From contig OZ249449.1 in assembly GCA_965235115.1 (NCBI GenBank), positions 8,804,001-8,868,000 on the forward strand: 64,000 bases of DNA. Reading direction: 5' to 3'. The DNA comes from Laetmonice hystrix. Taxonomy: Eukaryota. A model generated the notes under the pieces. The model had not been told where the DNA came from. It saw only the letters and a list, made by a program, of their open reading frames with translations, and did not search any database. Shown piece after piece: positions 38,749 to 52,410 of the stretch (positions are counted from its first letter, which is position 1; every line of letters starts with the position of its first letter). A program made the position numbers and the translations under genes.

Positions 38749-38857
38749 GGGAATGGACGTGACGTCATCAAAATGAGCGATAAAAGATGTTAAACCTAAC
38801 CCTAACCGTTACCTTAACACTCATTATCGCTCATTTGGTGACGTCACGGCCATTCCC
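38749..38857. mobile_element. CCTAACC-loop hairpin element, paralog of 10967
   Basis: Same arms and loop. Confidence 0.6.
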
Positions 38858-38865
38858 TGACGTGT

Positions 38866-39482
38866 ACAGGTGTGCCATGAAATATTGCAGTCATGAAATA
38901 TAGCTATAGGCTATGAAATATTGCAGTCTATGGAATATTGCAGCATTTCATGACTGCAATATTTCATAGGCGGCATTATTCCATAGCTATAGCTATGAAA
39001 TATTGCAGTCCGTAGAATATTGAAGCATCTCATGACTGCAATATTTCATAGCTATAGCTATGGAATAATGCCGCCTATGAAATATTGCAGTCTTGAAAAA
39101 GCCTAGTAGGCTACTGCAATATTCCACGGACTGCAATATTTCATAGCTATAGCTATGGAATAATGCCGCCTATGAAATATTGCAGTCTTGAAAAAGCCTA
39201 GTAGGCTACTGCAATATTCCACGGACTGCCATAGGCCTATTTCATAGCTACAGGCTATGACATATTGCTGCCTATGAAATAATGCAGTGATGCAATACTG
39301 CAATATTTCATAGGCAGTAATATTTCATAGCCTGTACCTATGAAATATTGCAGGCTATGAAATATTGCAGCATTGCGTCACTGCAATATTTCACAGGCAG
39401 CAATATTTCATAGCTACAGGCTATGAAATATTGCAGTGACGCAATGCTGCAATATTTCATAGGCAACAATATTTCATAGTAC
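38866..39482. repeat. ~620-bp nested palindromic satellite, present only in copy 2
   Basis: ATGAAATATTGCAGT / ACTGCAATATTTCAT units with TAGCTATAGCTA symmetry centres. Empty site at ~11083. Confidence 0.9.
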
Positions 39483-41583
39483 ACCGGCCTCACGCTCGTC
39501 CGCTCACGTTCCCTGCCGAACGTATCGCTCGTAGATCTATGTGACGATCATGGAAATTAAGGCTGTGTAGACGTCCTTGTATGGCCTTACAGACTACAAC
39601 TTTCACCCACACAAGAATCCCTTGCAAGCAGGTTGTGTGTATGTTTTACCGGGCCTTCTAACGGAGCTTGCCGCGAAATTATTGTCATTTTCACGCATCC
39701 CCGACCGTTCCGACAACACTGCCAGCAGACTGTCACTGAGCAGTACACCCATACATACCCGGCACCGAATCCACAACAACGGAATGAAACATTCGACTTC
39801 TTGTAATTGTGTTACCATTGTTACACTGAGGTGGCCTATAAATTCACATATAGAGAGGTCCATGGAAGTGAAACGTGCCGACAAATGAAGAAATTTAAAG
39901 CATCTCCATCTAGATCTATTTCCTATGTTGATATCCGGCGATTTACACAGCGACACCTCCGCGCGTAAGTTTTTGGCGAAGTAAATTAAGCGTAAAATAA
40001 GGGCGTCTACCCTTGGCCTCCTAGCGGAGACCCCGGGGGGCTTGGTACAGGTGTAGAATCTACGTGCCATGAAATATTGCAGTCATGGAATATTGCAGAT
40101 CTTAAAAAAATACGGCAATAGGCCTATTTCATGACTGCAATTTTTCGTAGCCATTGGCTATGAAATATTGCAGTCATAAAATATTGCCACATTGCGCTTT
40201 CGTACTGCAATATTTCATGACTGCAATATGTCATAGGCGGCATTATTCCATAGCTATAGGCTATGAAATATTGCAGTCTGTGAGATATTGCAGCATTTCA
40301 TGACTGCAATATCCCCGAGTTCACCAGATTTCCACCAGACCACGTGGAAATCTCGAGGTGTGCCTGCTGGGAAATAAAGTAGGCCTATAGATATCTAGGC
40401 CTAGGCCTATCGAAGAGGGGCATCAAGCAGTGATTTTTTTCTTTATTTAGCCTAGGCCTAGGCTTACGCTGCGGGTGTTTGTCTTTGGATTAGAGTAGAG
40501 CGGGGCGAGACGCCCTCTTGAAGAAAGACGCCCCCCAGTGTTATTCATCCTTGAGTTGGGATTCCCTAGCCATTTTTCGCATAAATCTGTCTCTCCCCTT
40601 TAAGCGCCAGAGGTGCCTGCCAGCCCGGGCAGGCATACGTCGTGATTCCGCCGGATATATAATGCATATTATTTTATGCACTAATGGACGTAGAGTCGAC
40701 GCCAGGCCATTTGCGATTTGCGATATTTTCATGAAAGTAGGTCAACATTACATTTTATGAATATTCACATTACCTTTGTGTGATTCAGCCTAAGTACTAT
40801 CATGATAACATAACAGAAGTAATTATCTGTAAATAGGGGAAAAGAGTTCGACCATCCACGCCGAAGATTTTATGTCACGCTCGCCTCGGGGTGTTCCATG
40901 AACTAGTTCACGCAAAGCCCTCTAGGTGGCACCAGTCGCTGCGCATGTGTGCTGAGTCGTCTGCAGTGACTGCTTCTTCCGGAGTCATGGCTTCGATCGC
41001 GGCCGGACAGTGAAGGAATTACGAAAGTATTTGGCAGAAAGAGGTTTTCCATGCAACAAGAAAACCAAATAAGGGAAACCTGTTTCACTGGCTAACGAGG
41101 TAGAGCGTACCTATAGCCCAATCGAGCCCGACAATCATGTAGGAAAGAGAGCAGCGGTGTGTCGTACTGGATGTTGACACCGGAAGTCCCAGTGTCGGCT
41201 GGCGGCGCATGGCGGGATTTGAGTGAACTAGTTTTGAGAAACTCCCGTAGGCCTATAAGAGCCGAACACTTGAGAGAAGACCAACTGTAGCTTCTCCCTT
41301 CCATTTACTGAGCAGGGCGTTGTTGATTAGAGTGCTATAGATCTAATACCGAGCTCCTGACCCAGCCTCCTGCTCTAATCCCCTAAATCTGAGCTGTGTG
41401 CAAAAAGTCCTCTTTCAAACGTAAATTATTGTTTCGCCTCAACTATAACCGGATAATGGTAAGTAGGCTACATTTGTAGGTAGACTAGGGGCCTATGTGT
41501 ATAAGGAACGCGGGGCCCGTTTGTCACAGTGAAGACTTTTTTAGCGGGCAAATCTGTGTAGCTAGCAGTCCAATCTTATAACG

Positions 41584-41770
41584 CAAGGGTGTAGCCAGGG
41601 GGGTTTCCGGGTTGCCCGGACTCCCCCCCCCCCAAAAAAAAATCTAAATGAATTACTAATTACTAGATCTAAATGAATTACTAATATTACGGTTGGGACC
41701 CCCCCCCCCCCCCCGCCATTTCAGTCGGAACCCCCCCCCCCCCCTTATCTCAGTTCTGCCTACTCCCCTG
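41584..41770. mobile_element. hAT-type MITE, paralog of 13530, with perfect 8-bp TSD
   Basis: TTATAACG at 41576-83 and 41771-78. Confidence 0.88.
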
Positions 41771-42501
41771 TTATAACGTGCAGTCCGCAATCTTATGTAG
41801 GCCCTACAACATCCAATGAAACATCCACGTCCTGTCAAACCGTATTAGCTATATCATCCAGTCAAATCTTGTAATAAAACATTCAGCAAAACTTGCCGTA
41901 ACGTACCTTCACGTTGGACCTTGAGACTATGTAATCGAGTGGTGACCCTGCCAGGTCGATTTAGGTATGGTTCATCGTAGGGTTCAGAAATAAAGAATTT
42001 ACCAGGAAAAGGCTATCTGAAGGACAAGGTCTAATCCCTAACTCTAGGGCCTAACCTGAAGATGGTGCGGCGGCGTGAAGGGCATCCTTTGAGATACCAC
42101 GAGAATTCCGACCAGTGACTGACAACGATTTATGCCGTTATCGGCAAGGCTTATATCAGAATCAAGTTCAACTAGATCTATCTAGACAATCAGAGATTGG
42201 CCGACCTGGCAGACCTTGAACCCGTCCGTCTGACCTTATAGCATGATCTTTCAACAAAATCCGACCCACATGTACTAATACAGTGTGATAATATGACAAG
42301 ATGCCTGACCTTGGAAATTCTCATATAATGTATTCGGCAGTTTCCGCCATTCAGGATATATACCTCTTGGAACCGGACTTTAGTTCATAAAATAGGCCAA
42401 TTTTTTAGAAGTCTTGAGGAAAAATGACACTGCCTTTATTCTCATTGGGTGATGCCCGGATCTACATTCGAGTCGATTCTGCTTACGTCGGCATCTGGGA
42501 A

Positions 42502-44991
42502 ATGGGAAAGTTCTGGAAACTGAGAGATGTACGTCTACATGTCCGCTCCATTTGTTTCAGAATTAGCAGTCTTTATTGACAATCTTTAGCCTTTTGATGG
42601 TGGTGAGGTCGCATCAAAATCCTACAAATTATGGTAAGTCTTCTTAATCTAGCTTCTGGGGTTGAATGCCACTTTTTTTGTAGAAAATCCTTCCATTTTG
42701 GACACAGGTCCATAGACGTGGCCAAAATTAAACAGCATATGGTCTGTTTTCTTGCAGGACATCAGGCGGTGTTTTAACTACACATGGATCATTTGTGCCG
42801 CGTCGTTCTTCGTGAAAACCGTGTCTGGTGGCGTGACGTACTCCATGGGGGTGTTCTACATCATCTTCTGTGAAAAACTGGAGGGAAGCAAAGAAATGAT
42901 AGCCTTTGCCGCATCAATGAATCTGGCTGTTATGCTTTTATCGGGTGAGTGAAAATACTTAACATACTTAAAGATGACGAACATTTAAAAATATCATTGA
43001 TACTTTTTTATTTTATTATGATGGGTATTGTTTGAACAAAAACACATCAAAGATTATTGGTCTTCTTCAGAGGTTGAAAATCTGTAGAGCCCAAGATTGT
43101 TACAATGTCTGTGTTCCCGCGATTAACATATACGGGTATAATGCATAATCCACATGAGAGGGGTCCCCCCTAACTAAAATTTCTGCCCCCCGGACCGGAC
43201 CAACCATATACCTCATGGCAATCACACAAATTATACACAAGTAGTTTACATATTCGGACAGAAGTTATGTTATTTCATCCGCAAGACCAATCTCTGCAGT
43301 TCTTGTCGCCAGGTGCGGAGAGAGATGGACCACCATTGCCGGGGCTCTCCTGGGAACAGTGGGCATGGTCTCTGCTTCCTTCTGTACCAACGTGTTTCAT
43401 ATAATCTTCACATACGGTATCCTCACTGGAGTAGGTCTGGGCCTGATCAGTATTCCGTCCTTGTCAATCCAGGCCAAGTACTGCGATAAACGCTTAGAGT
43501 TAGCCACCGGCATAGTGTTGTCTGGGACTGGATTTGGGGCTTTCCTTTTTCCAAGACTCGTAGTTCTCCTTGAGGAACATTTCGGATGGCGTGGAGCGTT
43601 GGTGTTACTCGGCGGAGTTTTCCTCAACGTGACTGTCAGTGGCGCCCTCTACCGGACTGTGCCAAAAGTTTCCACGTCTTGTGATGACCTGTCCAGTCGG
43701 AATACAAGCGGGGAAAGATATAGGAACTTCATATCTATGTTCCGCAATGTTCCATTCGTGTGTATATGTCTTGGCATGACTTCGTTTTATTTCTTCAACA
43801 CCATCATGTACACCCATTTTGGTGCCTACTCTCTGTATCTTGGACACACAAAAGATGGTGTAACAGTTCTTTACCAGATCATGGGGGTTACCGTCACAGT
43901 TGGTAGGATACTGGCAGGCACCATTGCTCAAATTCCGTGCGTAAATTCCAGGGTACTGATGATTATGGCTACTCTTGTCCTGGCTCTATGCACTTCAGTG
44001 GTCCCTGTGTTTAAGAGCTGGGCCGTCTTGGCCGGATTTGCGTTTGTCATGGGGCTACTTATGGGACCCATCAACGTCCTTATTTATCCTATTGCCAACA
44101 CGATGGTCAGACCAGAAGATGTGCCGATGGCGTTTGGGCTGTTATCGATTTTCTCAGGGCCTCCTTCAATGTTTGGTGGTGCGGTGGGGGGTAAGAAAGC
44201 AAAATAATCATTGCTCCGTTAAGATAATATCAGATATTATATAATATTAATATTAAGATAACACATTCATTGTGGCTACTTTATAAGAAGACAAAGAAAG
44301 TTTGTGGCAAATACTGTCATACCATAATAAATTAGTGGTCAACATGGTGGAAACAAATGAAGTTAATTTATCAACGAACCCCAGAATGAGATTTGTTTTT
44401 TTAGTAGTACCTCCATAGTTATTATGTTTTCACCTTGGCTTATAACTATAATATCTGCTAGTGATTCCAAGCTTAGGAAAAGAAATGCTTAGACCTACTA
44501 TTAGGCCTACTTTGATCTGAATTGGTGAATGTCTTTTTTCACACTTGTGTCTTGCTCTGTGGATATTTACCAAGAAAATACGTCAGGATGACCCAGAAAT
44601 GATACATGATCGCTAAATGTTACAATATTCCCTGTCACAATTTATTTAGAGGGAAGAAAATACAAAAAGTACCTTAATTCGTTCCCGCAAAATAAATTCG
44701 AGGGAACAAATTAATGTACATGTATACCGTTTTTACAGTCGTGTCCCCTTAGGAGCTCTGTACTTTTGCACTGAAACAATGTCTGTTTATATATTTACAG
44801 CCTCAGTGTACGAGTCGACAGGCAAGTACACCAACACTCTATACGTGGGTGCCGGGTTTCTGTACGCTACAGTCCTGATTTTGGTGCCCATACTCTGGCA
44901 GGATCTCCAACACCTCTGTCAGTCACGTCTAAGTAAACAAAGGCAGACCACTATCCAGAGTCATGAGGTGGATGGAGCGACAGGTTGCTGA
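42502..44991 (+). CDS. SLC16 type B copy B4, exon-3 acceptor mutated. Exons 42502-42528, 42758-42944, (43285 or cryptic 43300)-44190, 44801-44991
   Basis: Exons are open, but the acceptor reads CCGCAA|GACC instead of CAG|GACC. An in-frame cryptic CTGCAG lies 15 nt downstream. Confidence 0.65.
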
Positions 44992-46549
44992 GTAAAACAA
45001 CGGACAGAAAATAATCCTTCACCAGACAATCAATGTTGTGCGTTGACATAATTTCGTGTCTTCTGCATGTAAAATTGAAGCAATATGAGTTATCTGTAGC
45101 TGCGCCATGTGTGGCACATCGCCGGCAGCGATTTGTTATTTTAACACGTAACAGTGCACACCATATATGGAAAATGGCACGGGGTTCCCCTGAGTTTGCC
45201 TGACCTATATGTCTGGAAATATTAAAATATTGATGTGACCAAAACAAGGGTAGGCTACTTTACGACACTGTGACTGCACACACTGCAGACAACGACATCT
45301 TTCTCCATATTGGTGCAAGATTAATGCATCAAACTAGCTGGATAGCCGCAAAACTTGACGAATGGCAAGTTTTAAGACAATCTACATCGTATTCACTGAC
45401 CGATGGTCGGTGTTAGTTCCCAGGATTGCCTTTGATGGGGAGTCAGTGAGCCAGGAATCGTAGAACTGACAGTGCATACATACAGGGTCAGCCGTCATAC
45501 TCCAACAAGTCAGGATAACTAAAGTAGGTCAGCGACAGTGTCGCTGTCAGATCAGTTAACGATATTTAATAGCCCAGACCCATTAGTTTCCAGAAAAGGT
45601 GACATTATATTTAATTTACCACTTTATTTAATCAGATTCAGAGAATCTTACGACGTGCAGGTGTCTATTATGGGGATTTCAAAGAACAAAATTAAAATCT
45701 TGGGGCTTATCTTGAGTTGCCGTTTCAATCGGCATTCAATTAGCGTTTCCTGACTAGTTTATGCCTACAAGCTGCTATATAGGGCCTATTCTACAAATGT
45801 GTTAAGTTATATGCCTACCTACACATAATAAGTTTCATGAGAATATAGGTTATGGTGCCATTCCATGCGACCTCCCCGTGTCCGATGTCCATGTAGGTCT
45901 ACGGCTTTTAAAACGTCCCACATACCGATTGGGGAGGGTGGGTTTGGGCTTTCATCAACTTAAAGCGAGGGTCTCGTCCTTCAGCATTAAAGCGACAGTC
46001 TCGTCCTTCAGCAGTGTGCGCTAGGCTGGCCATCCTAATGGTCGATGTGCTATTTATAGACGTCAGTTCCTATGCTGTGGGACAAGACCGTCGCTTTAAG
46101 AAGGGTAATCGCAGGTTACACTTTGTTAGAGGTGTCTGTATTACGTCTAGTCCTCGATCGCCATCGGAACTGGATCGGCCGGTAGATCCATATAGCTATG
46201 GATACGAATATCACGTTGTACATATTGCTTCTTACAACAACCAAAAATATTGGCAGGACATATTATGTTGCTTTGTGTGTTGCATCTAACATAATACTCT
46301 GAACACCTGCTGTCGCTTGAATCCGTTATCACCCAGCTGCGACCACATCTCGGAGCCGTTAAATAACCTCTGCATAACCCGAAGATAGTGTGGTGTCGTG
46401 AAGGACCTCCTTTGAGATCTAATTCCACCACATTATTATGATCACTGATTGACAACGATTTCTGCCTTCATCAGCTCGGCCTAAATCAGACCAAAGTTGA
46501 ACTAGGCCTTGAGACAATCGGATATCGACCACCCTGAAGGCTCCTGTCG

Positions 46550-46657
46550 GGGAATGGCCGTGACGTCATAAAAATGAGCGAAAAAAGATGCGAAACCTAA
46601 CCATACCCCTTACTTAACACTCATTATCGCTCATTTGGTGACGTCAAAGCCATTCCC
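46550..46657. mobile_element. CCTAACC-loop hairpin element, paralog of 18599
   Basis: Same arms and loop. Confidence 0.6.
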
Positions 46658-46980
46658 TAACTTGTGCCGCCCTGGCAGGCCCCGAACCCAAGGTAGGCGC
46701 TGCTGAGTGGCAACATTTGTAGGCGTGAGTCTGCCATAGCATGATCTGCCAAGATAATCAGACCTATACAGTGTAATGCATTACGACAAGCTGGCTGACC
46801 TAGGACTTTCCCAACTGTACTCGGCAGTTTATATATGTCTTGGAACCGGACAATAGTTCGTAAAATGTGGCAAATTTTTAGAAGTGTTGAGGAAGATTAA
46901 CACTGAGTTTTTTCTCATAAGGGAATGCTGGGTGACGCAAGGATCTACATTTGAGGTGATTCTGCTTCCCCATCTGAAAA

Positions 46981-49900
46981 ATGGGGAAGTTCCGGAAGGT
47001 GAGAGATGTATGTATACGTGTACATATATTGTTTTACAATTTACAACATCTGTAGGGCCCTCAAATGCGAAAATTACGCCATATGAAACCTCCGCTTTAT
47101 GTGGAAAGAAATTAACGTCATAGTGGTTTCTCACTTACCTGCCCGTTTCTAAGATATGGCTAGGTCTGAGATATTTACGGGGGATGACGTTTTACTACCG
47201 CAACAGCACCAGTAACAACAACACTCATTTCTATTCCTGGCAGACAAAGCACTGATGCCATGCTATCTAGTGAGCGCCCTCCACCGTAATATTCGACACT
47301 TAGTCGTTTGACCAGCCGAAAAAAACAGGCAGGCAGGCACGTAGGCCTATATCACAATTCTAACACATATCTAACAATTAGCTCACAGGAAATGTGAAAA
47401 AAAATTACCTCAAAGGTGAAACAAAATATTTACTACATATATGAAAAAAGTATACGTCAAATATTATGAAAACCAAGTTTGTCCATGTAAACACTATCTT
47501 GTGGGGATTACCTAAGCTTTGTCAATGGCGGTGCAGTAGTGGTGGTTTCGGCCATATACTTATGCTATGAAAATGGGTTCAGGAATCTTAGGACCGGCTT
47601 TAGACTGCACTGAGGTGCCATAGACAATATTAGAGAAGCCTAAACGTGAACTGAGTTAAGTGTGAAGCCCATATATCGGGTGGATAAAAAAAAACGCCCC
47701 GAACTTTAAACTCCAATATTTCAAAAAGTATTGATTGTAATTCAATGAAATTTTTCTTACTATCACTTCATGATGTTGTCTCTTAGTTGTTAATGTTACA
47801 ACTCAATAGCTTGGATAATATGTCCGTGGAGCTAAAAACAAAAATCATTGTACAAAAACGCAATGCCGGGCTAAAGCGAGTGGTAGTCGCACCCAAAGTC
47901 CCAGGCCTCACACTCGAGTAGGTGGTCAATCGGTCCCCCGTTTTCACTTCATACTGCTCTCAGTCTCTTTTTACATGCGCCAATGCACTTCCTGATCTCT
48001 GATAGGGAATTATCTTCCCATTATTGGGAAATAAGCAGCGTTCTGAACGTGTTGCTAAACGTGATAATGATACGATTCCCCTTGAACTTCTGGTTACAGT
48101 CATATCGTCCTAATGTTACAGTTTTTCTGAAGGGTTTGGCACAGTAAACATCTGGTTTTCTCTAGAAGTACTAGGATTAGCACATAATCTATTATATCTA
48201 GTGGTTCACAACATTATACATATTGTAAAACATGCAAAAACTAGATATTGAAAACTTTTTTTACCCAAGGTACAATGCGGTGCATCAAACAGGTGTCAAA
48301 TTGGACACCTGGCAGCTGCATGATATTTGACCTAATTCCGGCATTGTGTTTTTAGACACTGATTTTTGTTTTTAGCGCCACGGGATTAATATCAAAGCTA
48401 TTGAGCTGAAACTTTAACATACAAGAGATAACATCATGAAGTTATATTAAGAGAAATTTTATTACATTATAATGCAAAGTTATTGAAATATTAAAGTTTA
48501 AAGTTCGGGGCGTTTTTTTTTATCCACCCGATATATAGGTGGCCTGCATATATCGGCACACAATAGACCGATATACATTGTCAGGGACCCGGATTTATAC
48601 TTGAGTACCTTTGTCCGATAACAGCAGTAAGGACCATATACTAATACCACATCTTGGTTACTTTTTTTTTATTTCCACAAGGTGTCAAACCGGTCTCTTT
48701 GTAATCCGTAAAGTACATATTCGTGAATTCATGTAGCCTGGGCCTGGAGGAATCTAGGCCAATATAGACATGTACATTAATAATTATTATATTGCAAATT
48801 TATGTTTGCTTGCAGGACATCAGGCGGTGTTTTAACTACACATGGATCATTTGTGCCGCGTCGTTCTTCGTGAAAACCGTGTCTGGTGGCGTGACGTACT
48901 CCATGGGGGTGTTTTACATCATCTTCTGTGAAAAACTGGAGGGAAGCAAAGAAATGATAGCCTTCGCCGCATCCATGAATCTGGCTGTTATGTGTTTAAC
49001 TGGTGAAGAAAATACTTAAAGATGTCCTCTCAGGGACTTTAAAAAATGCATGGTCATTTGAAAAGATACGTCTATAGCCTATTATAGATGTTGATATCAT
49101 TGATAGTTTCTCGAACGTTTTGATACTTTTTTATTTTATTATCATAGGTATTGTGTGAAACAACCCCTATTAAATCATTAAATGGACTTCTTCAGAGATT
49201 GAACATCTTTAGAGCCCCCAGACCAGACTCTGTTGGTTGGGGACTCCATCCATTCTCACATAGAGTTGTTACAATATCTGTATTGCCACGATTATCATAT
49301 ATGCGGGTATAATGCATAGTATGCATGAACGTATCCAGAGGGGCCCCCTGTAACTAACATTTCTGCCCCCCGGACCCGACCAACCATATACCTCATGGCA
49401 ATCACACAAATTATACACAAGTAGTTTACATTTTGGGACATTTTGGGACAGAAGTTATGTTATTTCATCCGCAGGACCAATCTCTGCAGTTCTTGTCGCC
49501 AGGTGGGGAGAGAGATGGACCACCATTGCCGGGGCTCTCCTGGGAACAGTGGGCATGGTCTCTGCTTCCTTCTCTACCAACGTGTTTCATCTAATCTTCA
49601 CATACGGTATCCTCACTGGAGTAGGTCTGGGCCTGACCGGTGTTCCGTCCATGTCAATCCAGGCCAAGTACTGCGATAAACGCTTAGGGTTAGCCACCGG
49701 CATAGTGATGTCTGGGACTGGATTTGGGTCTTTCCTATTTCCAAGACTCGTAGTTCTCCTTGAGGAACATTTCGGATGGCGTGGAGCGTTGGTGTTACTC
49801 GGCGGAGTTTTCCCTCAACGTGACTGTCAGTGGCGCCCTCTATCGGACTGCGCCAAAAGTTTCCACGTCTTGTGATGACCTGTCCAGTCGGAATACATGC

Positions 49901-51112
49901 GGGGGAAGATATAGGAACTTCATATCTATGTTCCGCATTGTTCCATTCGCGTGTCTATGTCTTAGCATGACTTTGTTTTTTTTTTTAACACCATCATGTA
50001 CACCCATTTTGGTGCCTACTCTCTGTATCTTGGACACACAAAAGATGGTGTAACGATTCTTTACCAGATCATGGGGGTTACCGTCACAGTTGGTAGGATA
50101 CTGGCAGGCACCATTGCTCAAATTCCGTGCGTAAATTCCAGAGTACTGATAATTATGGCTACTCTATTCCTGGCTCTATGCACTACAGTGGTCCCTGTGT
50201 TTACAAGCTGGGCCGTCTTGGCGGGATTTGCGTCTGTCATGGGGCTACTCCTGGGACCCATCAACGTCCTAATTTATCCTGTTGCCACCACGATGGTCAG
50301 ACCAGAAGATGTGCCGATGGCGTTTGGATTGTTGACGGTTTTTGGTGGGCCTGCAATGTTTGGTGGTGCGGTGGGGGGTAAGAATGCCACAGATCCTTGT
50401 TCTTAATAAGATTCTAAGTCAATAGCCTTGGACATAATAACACATTCATTGCGGCTACTTTGTAGGAAGGCAAAGAAAGAAATCAGGTTCCTCAAGCAAC
50501 CCCCCAAAAAGGTTTATTCTTCAATATCATTGATAGTTTCTCTTTTAATGTTATCATGATTGGTATTGTGTGAAAGAACTCACATAAAACCCGCATAAAA
50601 CCAGTAATTATTTATGTCAATGATAGCCTTGGTCTATAACTACAATTTCTTCTAGTGATTCCAAGCTTGGAGATAACAAATGTTTAGAGCTACTCCTGCC
50701 AATTTGATCTCAATTGGTGAATGTCTTTTATTCACACTTTTGTCTGGCTATCTGGATATCTACCAACAAAAAACGTGACCCAGAAAGGATCCGTGATCGA
50801 TAATCGTTACAATATGCCCTGATAAGGCTACATTATTCAAACATAATGTTACTTTCAGCGGTGCCAGTATGCACTAATCGTCTTCTTTCCAGTGAAACAA
50901 TGTCTGTTTATATAATTACAGCCTCAGTGTACGAGTCGACAGGCAAGTACACCAACACTCTATACGTGGGCGCCGGGTTTCTGTACGCTACAGTCCTGAT
51001 TCTGGTGCCCATACTCTGGCAGGATCTCCAACACCTCTGTCAGTCACGTCTAAGTAAACAAAGGCAGACCACCATCCAGAGTCATGAGGTGGATGGAGTG
51101 ACAGATTGCTGA
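46981..51112 (+). pseudogene. SLC16 type B copy B5, frameshifted. Exons 46981-47007, 48816-49002, 49475-50377, 50922-51112
   Basis: A +1 C at ~49812-14 (TTCCCTC versus TTCCTC) gives TGA at 49873-75. A -1 follows in the T run at ~49976-86. Both indels are in homopolymers, so an assembly error is possible. Confidence 0.7.
47676..48531 (-). mobile_element. 856-bp internally deleted Tc1/mariner element in B5 intron 1
   Basis: ~200-bp imperfect TIRs starting TCGGGTGGATAAAAAAAAACGCCCCGAACTTTAAACT; TA flanks. Minus-strand remnant EIRKCIGACKKRLRAV*SENGGPIDHLL at ~47999-47916 resembles Tc1/mariner transposase C-termini. Empty site at 19725-34. Confidence 0.88.
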
Positions 51113-52410
51113 GTAAAACAACGGACAGAAAATAATCCTTTATCAGGCAAAATAGTTTCATCGCTGCTTAATCTAGGCATCAATGTACGCGATGCGCGTT
51201 GGCATCTGTTTTTCAATTATCCTGATACAGCTTGGGTTTTACAGAGTAATGCTGGTCTTCTGCCCTTTCTCAAATGCCTGGAACAGCCCCAACTAATCTT
51301 GTTAATACTTGAAATTTATAGTAGGCCCTATTCCCTTCACAATATCTTAAAATACATACGTTTGAATAAAAACACCTGGCACAATGCCAGAGTTAGGTAT
51401 AGGGGACACGCCCCCTTGTTGTTGTTCTGAAAGTGCCATACAGACCAAACGTAGCGCCGTCTGGACGGATTCCGCTCAGTTATCCCTACAGCCGTGCCCT
51501 GGAATGGATCATGCGAGTAGTCGGTCTCGGGTTGGTCCCAGTAAGGTAAGTAGGTATCTAAATGCAGATTTTCCACCTTACCAGCTCTGAGGAGCCCAAG
51601 GGGTAACATTTACATGCCGACACCCGTAACTTCCTGCTGGAGCTTGCGCCCGCCACAGTGAGCGTGTAAACTATCTTGGTGTTGGCGGAATGGCCACGAC
51701 TGTCATACGGTGTTGTAGTGACACGGGACAAATTCACTATAATATTTTCAAAATAAATATGTTCAAAAATATTTTTTCTGCTTAATGAGGGCTTGGATTT
51801 GGGTCCCAAATGAAATGGACCCCCCCCCCCCCCGATTTTGAAGTGAAGCAAAATAAGCATGTTGTTATTCATGTCTATTCTCGATAGATCTATGGGCCTA
51901 TTTTTCCTCTAAATTTTTATCTGGAGGTGCCGGGAGGTAGGTCCCCTCTAGCATTTTTAGTCTTCAAAATGAAACATTTTTTTAAATAACAGTTAAATGA
52001 AGACGGATCAATGAAAATTTGTCAGGCGCTAGTGTGTTGGCGACATCTTGTCAGCATGTTATGTTGTGTCGACGGGTCCCCTGGCCAGTGAAACGTTTTT
52101 ATAGTGAAGCATGGTAGGCTACCACCATGGGACACGTCAAAAGTCGACTCAAAATATGCACCGGCGCAATTCATACAGATATGTGCATGGTTTACCTCAT
52201 TCAGCTGATGTAATGATATTATTGTATATATCTTATACAGGATTCTGTGTCTGTATTGTGGTCATAGATTCATACATGCATTGCAGCAGTCAAAGCGATG
52301 CACTACAAAATGGACCCACATAGCCTAACCATATTGCTTTCATAAAAAGATGGCATTATACTTAATGTACCATTATAATACAGTTTCAGTGGCAGATGCT
52401 CAGCCACACA

